A DNA stretch of 64,000 nucleotides, from contig JBKAGE010000037.1 of assembly GCA_046290225.1 (NCBI GenBank), positions 192,001 through 256,000 of the forward strand, written 5' to 3'. Positions 16,715 to 26,082 of this stretch are shown here, in pieces (within the stretch, counting starts at the first letter, position 1; the number at the start of each line of letters is the position of its first letter). The notes beneath the pieces were generated by a model that did no database searches, had not been told where the DNA came from, and saw only the letters and a program-made list of their open reading frames with translations. Source of the stretch: Bradymonadia bacterium. Lineage in GTDB: Bacteria; Myxococcota_A; Bradymonadia; UBA7976; UBA1532. Both the position numbers and the translations under genes were made by a program.

Positions 16715-19700
16715 TCAACTGTAGAGTGCGCTCAACTCCTCGAGCCCGGCGACCTCGAGAAACTCGAGGAAGGTCACCTTCAGCGCCAGTGATTCATCTT
16801 CGAGGCCCATGCCCTGGAGTACCCGACTCAAGGCCTCGTAGAACCCTCTGATCTCCGGCAGGCGCAGCGGATCGATGCCGATCTCGGGATCGATCTGCAG
16901 ATGCTCTTCGAAGAGATACATCAACTCGCCCACGTGGCCGACGTCGAAGGCCAGCTCACGGCTCTCGGCCCGGATCTTCAGATAGGCCTCATAATCTCCG
17001 AGGCCGAGCAAGTCGTCGAAGAGCTCGTGATACTCCTCGAAGAGCCGGTGGTGGTTGCCCAGGCTGCGGTTGATCGAGGTTGCCGTCTCTACAGCTGCGA
17101 GGGAGCGCCTCAACCAGTCGTGGAACGCAGCCTCGGTCTGTGCCTCGTCCGCTCGACGCCGGCAAATTTTGCTGATCTCGACAAAGCACTCGTCGATGCG
17201 GGTGGTGCCGTCCGGCATGCGAGCGAAGAGCCGTACACAACGCTCCACCATCTCGATGGCCTTCTCTTCTTTGGCCTCCTGCCGCGCCCGGGTGAGCAGA
17301 TGCTCGATGCGCATCTCCAAGCCCAGTGGGTCAACCCCGGGCAGTCGATCTTCCAACGCCATGAAGCGCTCTCGAAGCACCCGATAGCGATTGAGATCAC
17401 CCGCTGCCCGATACACGCCGCTGAGCAGTTCGCCCACTGTCTGCACGTGGTTCATCTCTCCAAGCTGCTCATAGAGCATCATGGCCTGCTCGAGATGGCT
17501 CTGGGCCTCTTCGGGGCGATCGCCGGCGTCGAGGAGCAGCTCGCCGAGGCGCATGCTCACGAAGGCCTGCTGCTCCAGGCTCAACGTGTGCCGACCGCTG
17601 TGCAGCTGATGGATGGCGGCATCGAGCAGAGGGGCCGCCGGCTCACCTCTACGAGCGCGCATGCGATGCTCCACCAGAGACAGCGTGATCTGGCCATAGG
17701 CGTCGCCCACCCGCCCATACGCCAGCTTTGCCCGGCCAAACCACGAGTGGCTGCTGCGGATCGCCACCGGCAGCTCTCGATCGAGAGCCTCGTACAGCGT
17801 GTCGGCGAGGACCTGGTCGAGTTCGAGCAGCTCGGCCATGGTGATCACCGATTCGGTGAGGCGCTCGGCGAGGTCGATGCTGAAGGGCCCAGATTCGAGC
17901 AGGTAGACCATCTCCATCAACCGGGGCGCCTGGGCGTCGCCATGGAGCGGCATCCAGCGCTCCAACAACTCTCCGAGACGCTCTCGAGCGTCATAGAGCG
18001 TGCCCAGGCGGGTGGTGAGCACCCGCAACATCGAGATGCGATGGCCCGAAGCCTGAGCCAGATCAGCCGCCCGCTCCATCACCAGCAAGGGGCGCTGTAG
18101 ACGCTCCTCCAACGGTGGCGGCTGGGGGCCCTGGCCCACCCCATAGAGATCGGGGGGGAAGAACTCTCCGCTCAAGGTATCGAAGTGGGCGTCGACGATG
18201 GACTGGATCATCTCCGCGGCGTAGGCCGAGAGCAGCTCTGCGGTATAGGGCAGTTCCTCCCACGCACTGGCCTGGTCGCAGACGGCCTGCAACAGCGTGT
18301 CGTGATCGGCATAGCCTGGCGCCATCTCGGTGACGCAGGCGAGTCGCTCGATGCGGGCCTTGAGAGCGGCTCGGGGGTTTTGACGCGCCTCCAGAGCGGC
18401 GATGATGCGGGGGAACACCCGATGGTGCAGACCCACCCACTCCCATTGCGCCACGGCCTCGGCCATCCAGACCAGAATGCTCACCCCACCCTCTCCAGGC
18501 AGGTACTCGAGCTGCTGGAACATCTCTTCGAGATAAAGTCGGGCGGCGCTCTGCTCGCCAGATGCGTAGCACACCTCCACCCGCACGCGCAGGGCCTCGA
18601 GCCGCGGCAAGGGCTCGGCCAGATGACCTGAAAGGGCCACAGTGGCTTCTGCCAATGAGCGGGCCTGAGCGAAGTCGCCGAGCACCTCTTTGAAACGGGT
18701 ACGCACCACCATCAACCGCACGTCGAGGGTCAGGAGCTCTTCTCGATGCGCTGGGGTGAGGGCCCCGTGCCATTGATCAGCCTTGGCCCGCTCCAGGTGA
18801 CCCTCCGCGGCGCTGAGGGCCATGTAGATCCGGTGACGGCGCTCCCTGTCTTCCCGACGCCCCTGGCGGCCGGCGAGATACGAATATCCGCCACTGGTCT
18901 CGAAGAGCTGCTCGGCGAGGCAGATGGCCGCCTCTGCGGCCTGTGCAGGCTGCTTGCCCTGAGCAAAGTGGACCGAGGCAGACCACAGATGCTCGAAGCC
19001 GGCCCTCAAGTGTCGATCTTTCCGGCGGGTCTCGGACCATGTCTCGGTGACATCGAGCCCGGGCCGCACCAGCGCCTCGGGCGTTCGGGCGCTGGCGCCA
19101 TCGGCCCTCAACAAGGTGCCGAGCTCACCATGAAGGCCCTGTCGGCTCTCTGCAGACAGCTCGGCGAGCAAGGTGGCGAGCACTTCGCCACTGATGAAGC
19201 TGAAATGCCCGTCGTTGAGCGGCCCCTCGGGCATCACTAGGCCCGTGGCCTGCATCGCCTGTACCCGCAAGCGCGCCGCCTCGCCAGGCACGCCCCACAC
19301 CCTCGACAAAAGGCTCAAGCTGAAACGGTGGCCCACCACAGCGGCGGTCTGCAGATCAGAGCGGATGTTGGCGGGCATCGAGATCAACCGCCCGGCGGCG
19401 AGGGCTCGGATGCCTTCGGCTTCGGGCCGAGACTCGAGATCGATGTCGGTGATGAGGCCGTCATCATCGCGCAGCAGGGCCCCAGCACGCTCGGAGATGG
19501 CCACGAGGGCGTCGAGCATGCGGGGGTTGCCTCCAGCGAGGGAGAGCACCGACTGTCGATATGCAAGGCTCGGCGCCCCCAAACGGGCGATGCGGGCCTC
19601 GAGGGCCGCCCCCATCTCGTCGTCGCCCCATGGCGAGAGCGGGATGATGGCTTCTGGCGACGGACGCCAGGGCTGCCCTGTGGACGCGTCGCCCGTGCGG

Positions 19701-20284
19701 AGCGGAGGTGCGGTGGCGATGACCACCAACAGCCTGTGCCCTTCGGTGTCGGCGAGATGCTGACCGAGCTGCTCGATGATACGGCGAGAGCGGCCATCGG
19801 CTCGCTGCGCGTCATCGATGACCAGCACCACAGGGTGATGGCGCGTGATGTCGAGCAGCAGCGAGGTACAGCGGGCCACAGCCTCGGCTTCTTCAGCCCC
19901 CTGAGCGCCGAGTGGAGCGCTGGCGGCGAGAAACTGCGCCCCAGGGATCAAGAGAGGCACCGGCCCCCCGAGCACTCGGCGGGGGCCATCTGCGCCGGGC
20001 TCAGCGCTCACCTCGATGGCCCGCACCCCCTCGGCCACCTGGGCCACGAGCTCTTCCACTAGGCTGCGGCCGTGTTTGATCTGGGGGCTCTGTTGTGGAG
20101 ACGCATCACATCGCGCACTCACCACCGCGGCGCGATCGCTGGGGTTGTCCACCACCTCGAGAAACCGCGACAAGACCACCGATTTACCGAGGCCCGGGGC
20201 CCCGATGAGATGCAACACCGCGCCTTGCCCCGCACGGGCCTCTGCCGCCGCGTGATGCAACAGCTCCAGGATCTCGTCCATCAC
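16715..20284 (-). CDS. AAA/STAND-like P-loop ATPase with long helical (TPR-like) C-terminus
   Basis: Walker A GAPGLGKS, Walker B VLVIDDAQRAD, AGGNP motif, AAVVGHRF; long alpha-helical tail. Confidence 0.8.
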   Translation of the reverse strand: MMDEILELLHHAAAEARAGQGAVLHLIGAPGLGKSVVLSRFLEVVDNPSDRAAVVSARCDASPQQSPQIKHGRSLVEELVAQVAEGVRAIEVSAEPGADGPRRVLGGPVPLLIPGAQFLAASAPLGAQGAEEAEAVARCTSLLLDITRHHPVVLVIDDAQRADGRSRRIIEQLGQHLADTEGHRLLVVIATAPPLRTGDASTGQPWRPSPEAIIPLSPWGDDEMGAALEARIARLGAPSLAYRQSVLSLAGGNPRMLDALVAISERAGALLRDDDGLITDIDLESRPEAEGIRALAAGRLISMPANIRSDLQTAAVVGHRFSLSLLSRVWGVPGEAARLRVQAMQATGLVMPEGPLNDGHFSFISGEVLATLLAELSAESRQGLHGELGTLLRADGASARTPEALVRPGLDVTETWSETRRKDRHLRAGFEHLWSASVHFAQGKQPAQAAEAAICLAEQLFETSGGYSYLAGRQGRREDRERRHRIYMALSAAEGHLERAKADQWHGALTPAHREELLTLDVRLMVVRTRFKEVLGDFAQARSLAEATVALSGHLAEPLPRLEALRVRVEVCYASGEQSAARLYLEEMFQQLEYLPGEGGVSILVWMAEAVAQWEWVGLHHRVFPRIIAALEARQNPRAALKARIERLACVTEMAPGYADHDTLLQAVCDQASAWEELPYTAELLSAYAAEMIQSIVDAHFDTLSGEFFPPDLYGVGQGPQPPPLEERLQRPLLVMERAADLAQASGHRISMLRVLTTRLGTLYDARERLGELLERWMPLHGDAQAPRLMEMVYLLESGPFSIDLAERLTESVITMAELLELDQVLADTLYEALDRELPVAIRSSHSWFGRAKLAYGRVGDAYGQITLSLVEHRMRARRGEPAAPLLDAAIHQLHSGRHTLSLEQQAFVSMRLGELLLDAGDRPEEAQSHLEQAMMLYEQLGEMNHVQTVGELLSGVYRAAGDLNRYRVLRERFMALEDRLPGVDPLGLEMRIEHLLTRARQEAKEEKAIEMVERCVRLFARMPDGTTRIDECFVEISKICRRRADEAQTEAAFHDWLRRSLAAVETATSINRSLGNHHRLFEEYHELFDDLLGLGDYEAYLKIRAESRELAFDVGHVGELMYLFEEHLQIDPEIGIDPLRLPEIRGFYEALSRVLQGMGLEDESLALKVTFLEFLEVAGLEELSALYS

Positions 20285-20336
20285 AACCTCTTCTCCCCCC
20301 TGTACTGCACTTCAGAACGCCGAGCAGGTCAACGCC

Positions 20337-22349
20337 CTACGTACCGATGATTTCGCCCTTGCCATGGCGAATGGCCACTACAGAAGGCCGCGGCGGGAGC
20401 GCTTTGTCAAAGTCAGGCCACCGGGTGTTGGGATCATCAAGGTGCGTGCCCTCTCCGGGGTGCTGCACCGAGACGAAGAGGGTGGTGCAGTCAGGGGTGA
20501 AGCACGGCCCGCACAGCTCGGCGCCGATGGGCACACGCATGAAACGGCGCGTGAGGGCCCGCTCCGGCCCCCTCACCGGGCAGGCATACAATCCGTCGGC
20601 GATGCCTGCGGTGTCGTTGGCAGTGTCGGTGGCCACCCAGAGACGGCCGTGCATGTCGAAGGCCCCGTTGTCCGGGTTCACCAGCCAGCCGTTCTCCGAG
20701 GTGTCAGGGTGGAAGCGGGCGTTCCACTTCTTCTCTTTGGGGTTGCCCCCGAGGAGCAACACATCCCAGGTGCACGTCTCCGAGACGTGATCGACCGAGG
20801 CGGCCCCTTCACCCTGACCCTTCGGGGGGATGATCTCCAAGATATGGCCCCCGAGATTCGGGCCTCGGGGGTTGGCGTCGTCAGCCTGCCCCGGCGTACG
20901 GCGGCGGTTTTGGGTGAGCATGACGTAGATCCGACCTGTGATGGGGTCGACCTCGACATCTTCGGGGCGATCCATGGGGGTGGCCCCCATCAACATCGCA
21001 GCCCGGCGGGTCTCGATGAGCACATCCCCCTGATCTTTGAAGCCGTTCTCTTCGGTGAGGGGGCCCTTACCGAAGACCAGCGGCAGCCACTTCATGGCAC
21101 CGTCGGCCTCGAATCGAGCTGCGTAGAGTACCCCGTCATCGAGGATCTGCCCGTTCGCCTTCCGATCTTCGGTGTTCACCGTGCCCGCGCTGACGAACTT
21201 GTAGACGAACTGAAAGCGCTGGTCGTCACCGCTGTAGATCGCCACTCGACCCGAGGCATCGTGCACTGTGGTGGCGCACTCGTGCTTGAAGCGCCCCAGC
21301 GCCGTGCGCTTCATGGGCTTCGACTCGGGATCGAAGGGATCGAGCTCTACGATCCACCCATGGCGATTGGGCTCGTGAGGGGTCTTCTCGATGTTGAAGC
21401 GCTCATCGGCCATGTACCAGTCTTTGGTGGTCTTCGATGGCCGCAAGCCGTATAGCTCGTGGTTCTTCGCCTCGTCACCGAGGGTGGCGTTGCCGCCAAA
21501 GTACTTCTGGAAGTTCTCCTCAGCGATGAGGGTGGTGCCCCATGGCGTCTGGCCACCCGCGCAGTTGGAGAAAGTGCCCAGAATCGCAGTGCCTTCGGGA
21601 TCAGCAGCGGTCTTCATGCGGCGGTGCCCCGCGGCAGGTCCGCTGACCCCCATGGGCGTGAGCGGGGTCAGCCGTCGGTTGTAGCGGCTGTCGAGGACCA
21701 CGGACCAGCCCTGCTCGCCAAGGGCCACCTCCACCAGGGTGTGGCCGTGGGCGAGCATGTCCACGGCCACCTGCTCTGACGTGAGCGCAGCGCCGTCATC
21801 CTTCCCCAGGCTCGGGAACATCAACGAGGGGTTGGTGTACTCGTTGTTGATCGACAGCAGGCCCCGGGTGCTCGACTTCGAGCCATAGGGCAGCGGGTGA
21901 AAGGCGATGAAGTCATTGTTGTACCCCATGCGCCGGCCCTGCTCTTCAGCAGTGAGCCCTGCGAGGTCGAGGGGTGTCATGCCTGCATGGATCGGATCGC
22001 CCCACCGCAAGAGCACCTGAGCGTTGTAGCCCTCGGGCACCGTGAGCTGCGCGTCGAGGGCGTGGGGCACCTCTTTGAAGGTGACCTTGGGTGCCGGCGC
22101 CAGCGACTCTACGGGCTGAGCTGGCGTGGCCGATGTGGCATCTCGCTGTGCTCGAGCCGCATCAGACGCCGGCTTTGGCGGTGGACTCGCGGGCTTGCCC
22201 GCTTTGTCCTGACACCCGGTGGCGAGGCCGCCCATCCCTGCGATGGCCCCCATTCCAGCGAGGCCGCCGAGCACGCCACGGCGGCTCAGGCGCGCATGGA
22301 TGAGGGTGGCGAGATCGATGGGCTGAGTCGAGGCGTCGGTGCGCTTCAT
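20337..22349 (-). CDS. phoX: PhoX-family alkaline phosphatase (Tat-exported lipoprotein)
   Basis: Tat motif SRRGVLG plus lipobox ATGC; NNDF, NNEY, NCAGGQTPWGT..EEN, ALGRFKHE, MDRPED, NPDN, AELCGPCFTPD, VQHPGE. Confidence 0.92.
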   Translation of the reverse strand: MKRTDASTQPIDLATLIHARLSRRGVLGGLAGMGAIAGMGGLATGCQDKAGKPASPPPKPASDAARAQRDATSATPAQPVESLAPAPKVTFKEVPHALDAQLTVPEGYNAQVLLRWGDPIHAGMTPLDLAGLTAEEQGRRMGYNNDFIAFHPLPYGSKSSTRGLLSINNEYTNPSLMFPSLGKDDGAALTSEQVAVDMLAHGHTLVEVALGEQGWSVVLDSRYNRRLTPLTPMGVSGPAAGHRRMKTAADPEGTAILGTFSNCAGGQTPWGTTLIAEENFQKYFGGNATLGDEAKNHELYGLRPSKTTKDWYMADERFNIEKTPHEPNRHGWIVELDPFDPESKPMKRTALGRFKHECATTVHDASGRVAIYSGDDQRFQFVYKFVSAGTVNTEDRKANGQILDDGVLYAARFEADGAMKWLPLVFGKGPLTEENGFKDQGDVLIETRRAAMLMGATPMDRPEDVEVDPITGRIYVMLTQNRRRTPGQADDANPRGPNLGGHILEIIPPKGQGEGAASVDHVSETCTWDVLLLGGNPKEKKWNARFHPDTSENGWLVNPDNGAFDMHGRLWVATDTANDTAGIADGLYACPVRGPERALTRRFMRVPIGAELCGPCFTPDCTTLFVSVQHPGEGTHLDDPNTRWPDFDKALPPRPSVVAIRHGKGEIIGT

Positions 22350-22464
22350 GAAGACCTCTGTCTGTGGTGCATCCTTTGAGGGTGCAGCAGCTCTTTCTCC
22401 TGCGAGTGGCCGGCAGTATGGTGCCCGCCACCGGAGATCTCAACGCACAAGGGGGTCGTGCCCT

Positions 22465-23241
22465 GTGGGTCCTGCTGCCGCCATCGCCGCCTTCGCCGCC
22501 ATCGGGGTCGGCTTCGCCTTTTTCTTCGAGTGGGGGGTGTACGCGCTCTTTGCCGCCCCCCTCATCGCCATCCCCGCCATTCGGAGCGGTCAGTCGCTGT
22601 ATCAGCGCCTCGGGTGGGTGGCGCTGGGCCTCGGCCTCACCGGGGGACTGTCGTACCTGACCTTCCTCAGCGCAGCCAACGTGAAGAGCCACGGCATCAA
22701 GAGCAGCGAGCGGTATGCTGTGGGCAACCTGCGGGCCCTGGTCATCGCTCAGGATCACATGCTGCGGCTCTACGACACCCCTGGCAGCCTCGCCCAGCTG
22801 CTCGCCCAGACACCTCTCGAAGATGGCCGAACGGTATCGAACATCATGTTGCCAATGAAGTTCGTGCCCAAGCACTTCGACCAGGGGCCTCGGAAGATCG
22901 CGGTCGCCCCCGTAGATGGCTACATGATCGCCATCTACAAGAGCGGTCACGACGGCGTGCCTGCAGGGGCCGGCAAACGCTGGATGGCCTACGCCTGGCC
23001 CATGCGCATCAACGCTACGGGGCTCAAGGCCTATTGCATCACCCCTGAGGAAGACATCTTCGAGACGGCGAACACCGAGCAACGCTACGAGGGCCTCGAG
23101 CGGGTGCCCGACTGGACTGCCTGCCTACAAGGTGGCTTCTTCGACCGACCGAAAGACGGCATCGCTGGAGACGGCGCAGAGTGGCACCGTTGGCGGGGCA
23201 AGGGCACCCGGCGGTCGAAGGCCGCCGATCAAAAGGGCTGA
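22465..23241 (+). CDS. Membrane protein with pilin-like/DUF2950-like extracytoplasmic domain (start uncertain)
   Basis: About three TM helices, then SERYAVGNLRALVIAQ, DGY, YAWP...TGLKAYCI pattern. Track start 22339 overlaps the phoX start. Confidence 0.55.
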   Translation: MGPAAAIAAFAAIGVGFAFFFEWGVYALFAAPLIAIPAIRSGQSLYQRLGWVALGLGLTGGLSYLTFLSAANVKSHGIKSSERYAVGNLRALVIAQDHMLRLYDTPGSLAQLLAQTPLEDGRTVSNIMLPMKFVPKHFDQGPRKIAVAPVDGYMIAIYKSGHDGVPAGAGKRWMAYAWPMRINATGLKAYCITPEEDIFETANTEQRYEGLERVPDWTACLQGGFFDRPKDGIAGDGAEWHRWRGKGTRRSKAADQKG

Positions 23242-23244
23242 TCT

Positions 23245-23278
23245 GCTCAGGGCATACTGCAGCTCAGGGCATACTGCA
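23245..23278. repeat. Perfect 17-bp tandem duplication spanning the stop codon of the CotH-lectin gene
   Basis: GCTCAGGGCATACTGCA at 23245-23261 and 23262-23278. Confidence 0.9.
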
Positions 23279-25960
23279 CATCACGCCCATCTCGGCGCTG
23301 CAACGGTTGTCGTTCCAGAACGGCCCCCAAGTCAGCATATGAGCGCAGTCTTCGCCGCTGCCGTAGTCGTTGGGCTCCCCCGAGTTCCACGGTGCGTAGA
23401 GCGGACGCCCCCCGTCGGGCCACACGAAGGCCCCTTCCTGATCACGGTCGTCGAGGCCGATCCAATACCCCTGCCGACGGATCGCGTGCCCCTGACGCCA
23501 CAACCACTCGGTCGTCGCAGCGTCATCCATCCGAGCCAGCTGCATGCCCAGGCCCTGGCACACCGCCACCGCCTCGTCGAAGCTGTACCGGTCCCAGCAG
23601 ATCGCATAGTCGCGGCCCGCGTACACCATGGGAGTGCACTCACAGGCTGGGCTGTCGTCGGCGATGCCACTGCAGTCCTGATCGACCCCGTCACCGCAGG
23701 TTTCGCTCCCATAAGGGTGAATCTCGGGATCGCCATCGTCACAATCCCCCTGACACACCGTATAGCCGTCCTCGTCGGCGTCGACGCCGTCTTCCACACA
23801 CGGGGGGCCACACAGCGCAGAGCGATTCGCCGTACATGGCAGATCGTTGTAACGGCCGTTGCGCTTCAGCTCGACGCAATCTTCATTGCCACCTGCGTCA
23901 TCGGGCTGGTTCGGATCCCAGGGCAGATACCCTGGGACCTCCCCTTCTGGTCCGACGTACACACCTTCCTCGGTTTGATCCGAGAGGCTCACCCACACAT
24001 CGCGATCAGGGCCGCGGCGAATGGCTTCATAGAGGGCGTCGCGGTGTTGATGATTCGCCGGCGCCACGAGATCGAGCCCGAGGCCCTGGCACAGGCTGCG
24101 CCCTTGGGACCATGTATAATCGCCGACGCAGACCCGGTAGGTCACCCCATCCGCTTCGATGACCTGGCAGTTGCCACACGCCACACCGTCATCGGCCACG
24201 CCGTTACAGTCTTGATCGATACCATCACCGCAAATCTCCTGAGCCCCGACATAAGTGTCCGCCCGCTCGGGATCACAATCAAGATCACATCGCCGGCCAT
24301 CCTCGTCGGTGTCGGTGTCGGTCTCCAGGCAATCCACCACCGCCGAGACCTCTGCATGCCGCGTGTGCAGAAACGCCACTCGCTCCGCCACGGCACGGGC
24401 CACCCCCTCGGTGGCGAGGGGCAGGCGCGGGTCCATCTCGATCCAAGGGCGCAGCGGTTCGAAGAGCGCTTCAGCCTCTGAAGCCCAGTCCACCGCCTCC
24501 AGATCTGCCACCGCATCTGAGAGGGCCTGGTCGTAAAGCGCTCGACATTGGGCATCAGCCATACACTGGCGCATCAACACACCCACGCCCTGATGCAATG
24601 GCACCGTGTCGACGAGGGTGCGATCGAGGCCATCGGGCAACAGATCGAGGCGACCTCCGAGGTCGAGGTGGTAGTGGGCCCCCCGAAGTCGGGGCCCATA
24701 ACCATCGATGCTCCCGAGGTAGGCCTCGGCGGCGAGCAGCCGCGCCACAGCGGGCCAGTTCACGAAGTCGGTGGTGGCAAGAAAGAAGCTCTCATCTTCA
24801 GGAATCGAAGCGAGGATCGAGAGCAACAGCGCCATGTCTTCTCGATCACCAGAAACACCCACCTCTACCCCATACGCCAGCAATTGCTCCGGGCTGAGAT
24901 CGCGACCGACGGCGGTATAAAGGTGCGAGGTCGAAGGCAACACTCGACGCAGATGGCTGAGCCTGGGGGCCTCGGCGAGCAGATAGAGACTCGGCATGGT
25001 GTCGTCGAGGGTGAGCCACGCAAAGCCCGCTCGGGGTACGGGCACCTTGAAGGCCTCGAGCACTCGTCGGGCGAGCAAAGGGGTAATCAGCGCACGATCG
25101 AGCACCATGTTGTCGAGATAGACGCCGTCGATCCCGGCAAGCTGGCCACCCTCGTGATCGAGATCTACCCGCAAGCGCGGCCGATGGGGCCCCTGGCGAA
25201 AACGCCCGCCCCATCCGCTCAAGCGCACCTCGGCAGGCGCGGGACCATCCTCCCCCACCGTGAGCTCGGCCTCCATCTCGAGGCTGCTCCGATATCCCCA
25301 TGCCGGGAACGCCCCAGGGGCGAGCTGTAGCTGCACGGGGGTCACGACCCCTGGGGTGAACCAGTGCTCTGCGGGGGCTTCTGGGGCAGTGTTCTCCGCC
25401 CCGGGTGTGGGCGCGGTCATGGCCCAGGGGCCTTCTCCATCGGGCAAACGTCCCCAGGTCATGGCCTCGGGAATCAAAGGCACTGACACCGACTCCACGA
25501 TCTCACCCGCAGGATCGACGAGGGCCACCTCGCCATACCCACAGCCGATGTCTCGGGGGGTCTCGTCGATCCAGAGCCAGCCCGCTTCGACAACACTCTG
25601 GTCAAGGGCCTCGTCGAGGGGCATCGACACACCGTCGACCTGCAGGCTCCACCCGGCGAGGCTGCCACCCTCGCCCACGTAAAGCTCTATGCCTTCGGGA
25701 GCCTGGCACCTGATCTCGTTGAGCTGCGCGGTACCCAGCGCCGCATCGGGGGGATCCGCATCGGGCACAACCTCAGCATCCGGACGCTCGGCATCGGGCG
25801 CTGTCGCATCGGTACGTGTCGCATCTGGTGCCGCAGCATCTACAGGCGCCTCGGAAACAGGTTGGGTGTCGTCACAGCCCTGAGGCCAAACACTCAGGAT
25901 CGAGAGAAACAACGCACAGAGCCCACGTACGGACCTAGCGCCTGGAGCAGGGATACACAT
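23264..25960 (-). CDS. Exported multidomain protein: lamin-tail-like, CotH kinase-like, MopE-type Cys repeats, two C-type lectin domains
   Basis: LNEI...IELY...WGRLPDG...PTPGAEN (LTD); VPVPRAGFA, LYLLAE (CotH-like); EICGDGIDQDCNG twice; CTLDs with VWVSLSD...QPDD and YWIGLDD...EPND...WND. Confidence 0.8.
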   Translation of the reverse strand: MCIPAPGARSVRGLCALFLSILSVWPQGCDDTQPVSEAPVDAAAPDATRTDATAPDAERPDAEVVPDADPPDAALGTAQLNEIRCQAPEGIELYVGEGGSLAGWSLQVDGVSMPLDEALDQSVVEAGWLWIDETPRDIGCGYGEVALVDPAGEIVESVSVPLIPEAMTWGRLPDGEGPWAMTAPTPGAENTAPEAPAEHWFTPGVVTPVQLQLAPGAFPAWGYRSSLEMEAELTVGEDGPAPAEVRLSGWGGRFRQGPHRPRLRVDLDHEGGQLAGIDGVYLDNMVLDRALITPLLARRVLEAFKVPVPRAGFAWLTLDDTMPSLYLLAEAPRLSHLRRVLPSTSHLYTAVGRDLSPEQLLAYGVEVGVSGDREDMALLLSILASIPEDESFFLATTDFVNWPAVARLLAAEAYLGSIDGYGPRLRGAHYHLDLGGRLDLLPDGLDRTLVDTVPLHQGVGVLMRQCMADAQCRALYDQALSDAVADLEAVDWASEAEALFEPLRPWIEMDPRLPLATEGVARAVAERVAFLHTRHAEVSAVVDCLETDTDTDEDGRRCDLDCDPERADTYVGAQEICGDGIDQDCNGVADDGVACGNCQVIEADGVTYRVCVGDYTWSQGRSLCQGLGLDLVAPANHQHRDALYEAIRRGPDRDVWVSLSDQTEEGVYVGPEGEVPGYLPWDPNQPDDAGGNEDCVELKRNGRYNDLPCTANRSALCGPPCVEDGVDADEDGYTVCQGDCDDGDPEIHPYGSETCGDGVDQDCSGIADDSPACECTPMVYAGRDYAICWDRYSFDEAVAVCQGLGMQLARMDDAATTEWLWRQGHAIRRQGYWIGLDDRDQEGAFVWPDGGRPLYAPWNSGEPNDYGSGEDCAHMLTWGPFWNDNRCSAEMGVMCSMP

Positions 25961-26082
25961 GCGCTCATGGTTTCACACACCCCAATACGTCGCCAAGGTG
26001 CACATGCCACCACACCCGAGAAACACGGAATGCGTCGGACCCCTCGAATGTAGTCAGGGTAAGCGTACATCTCGGAGGCGGC

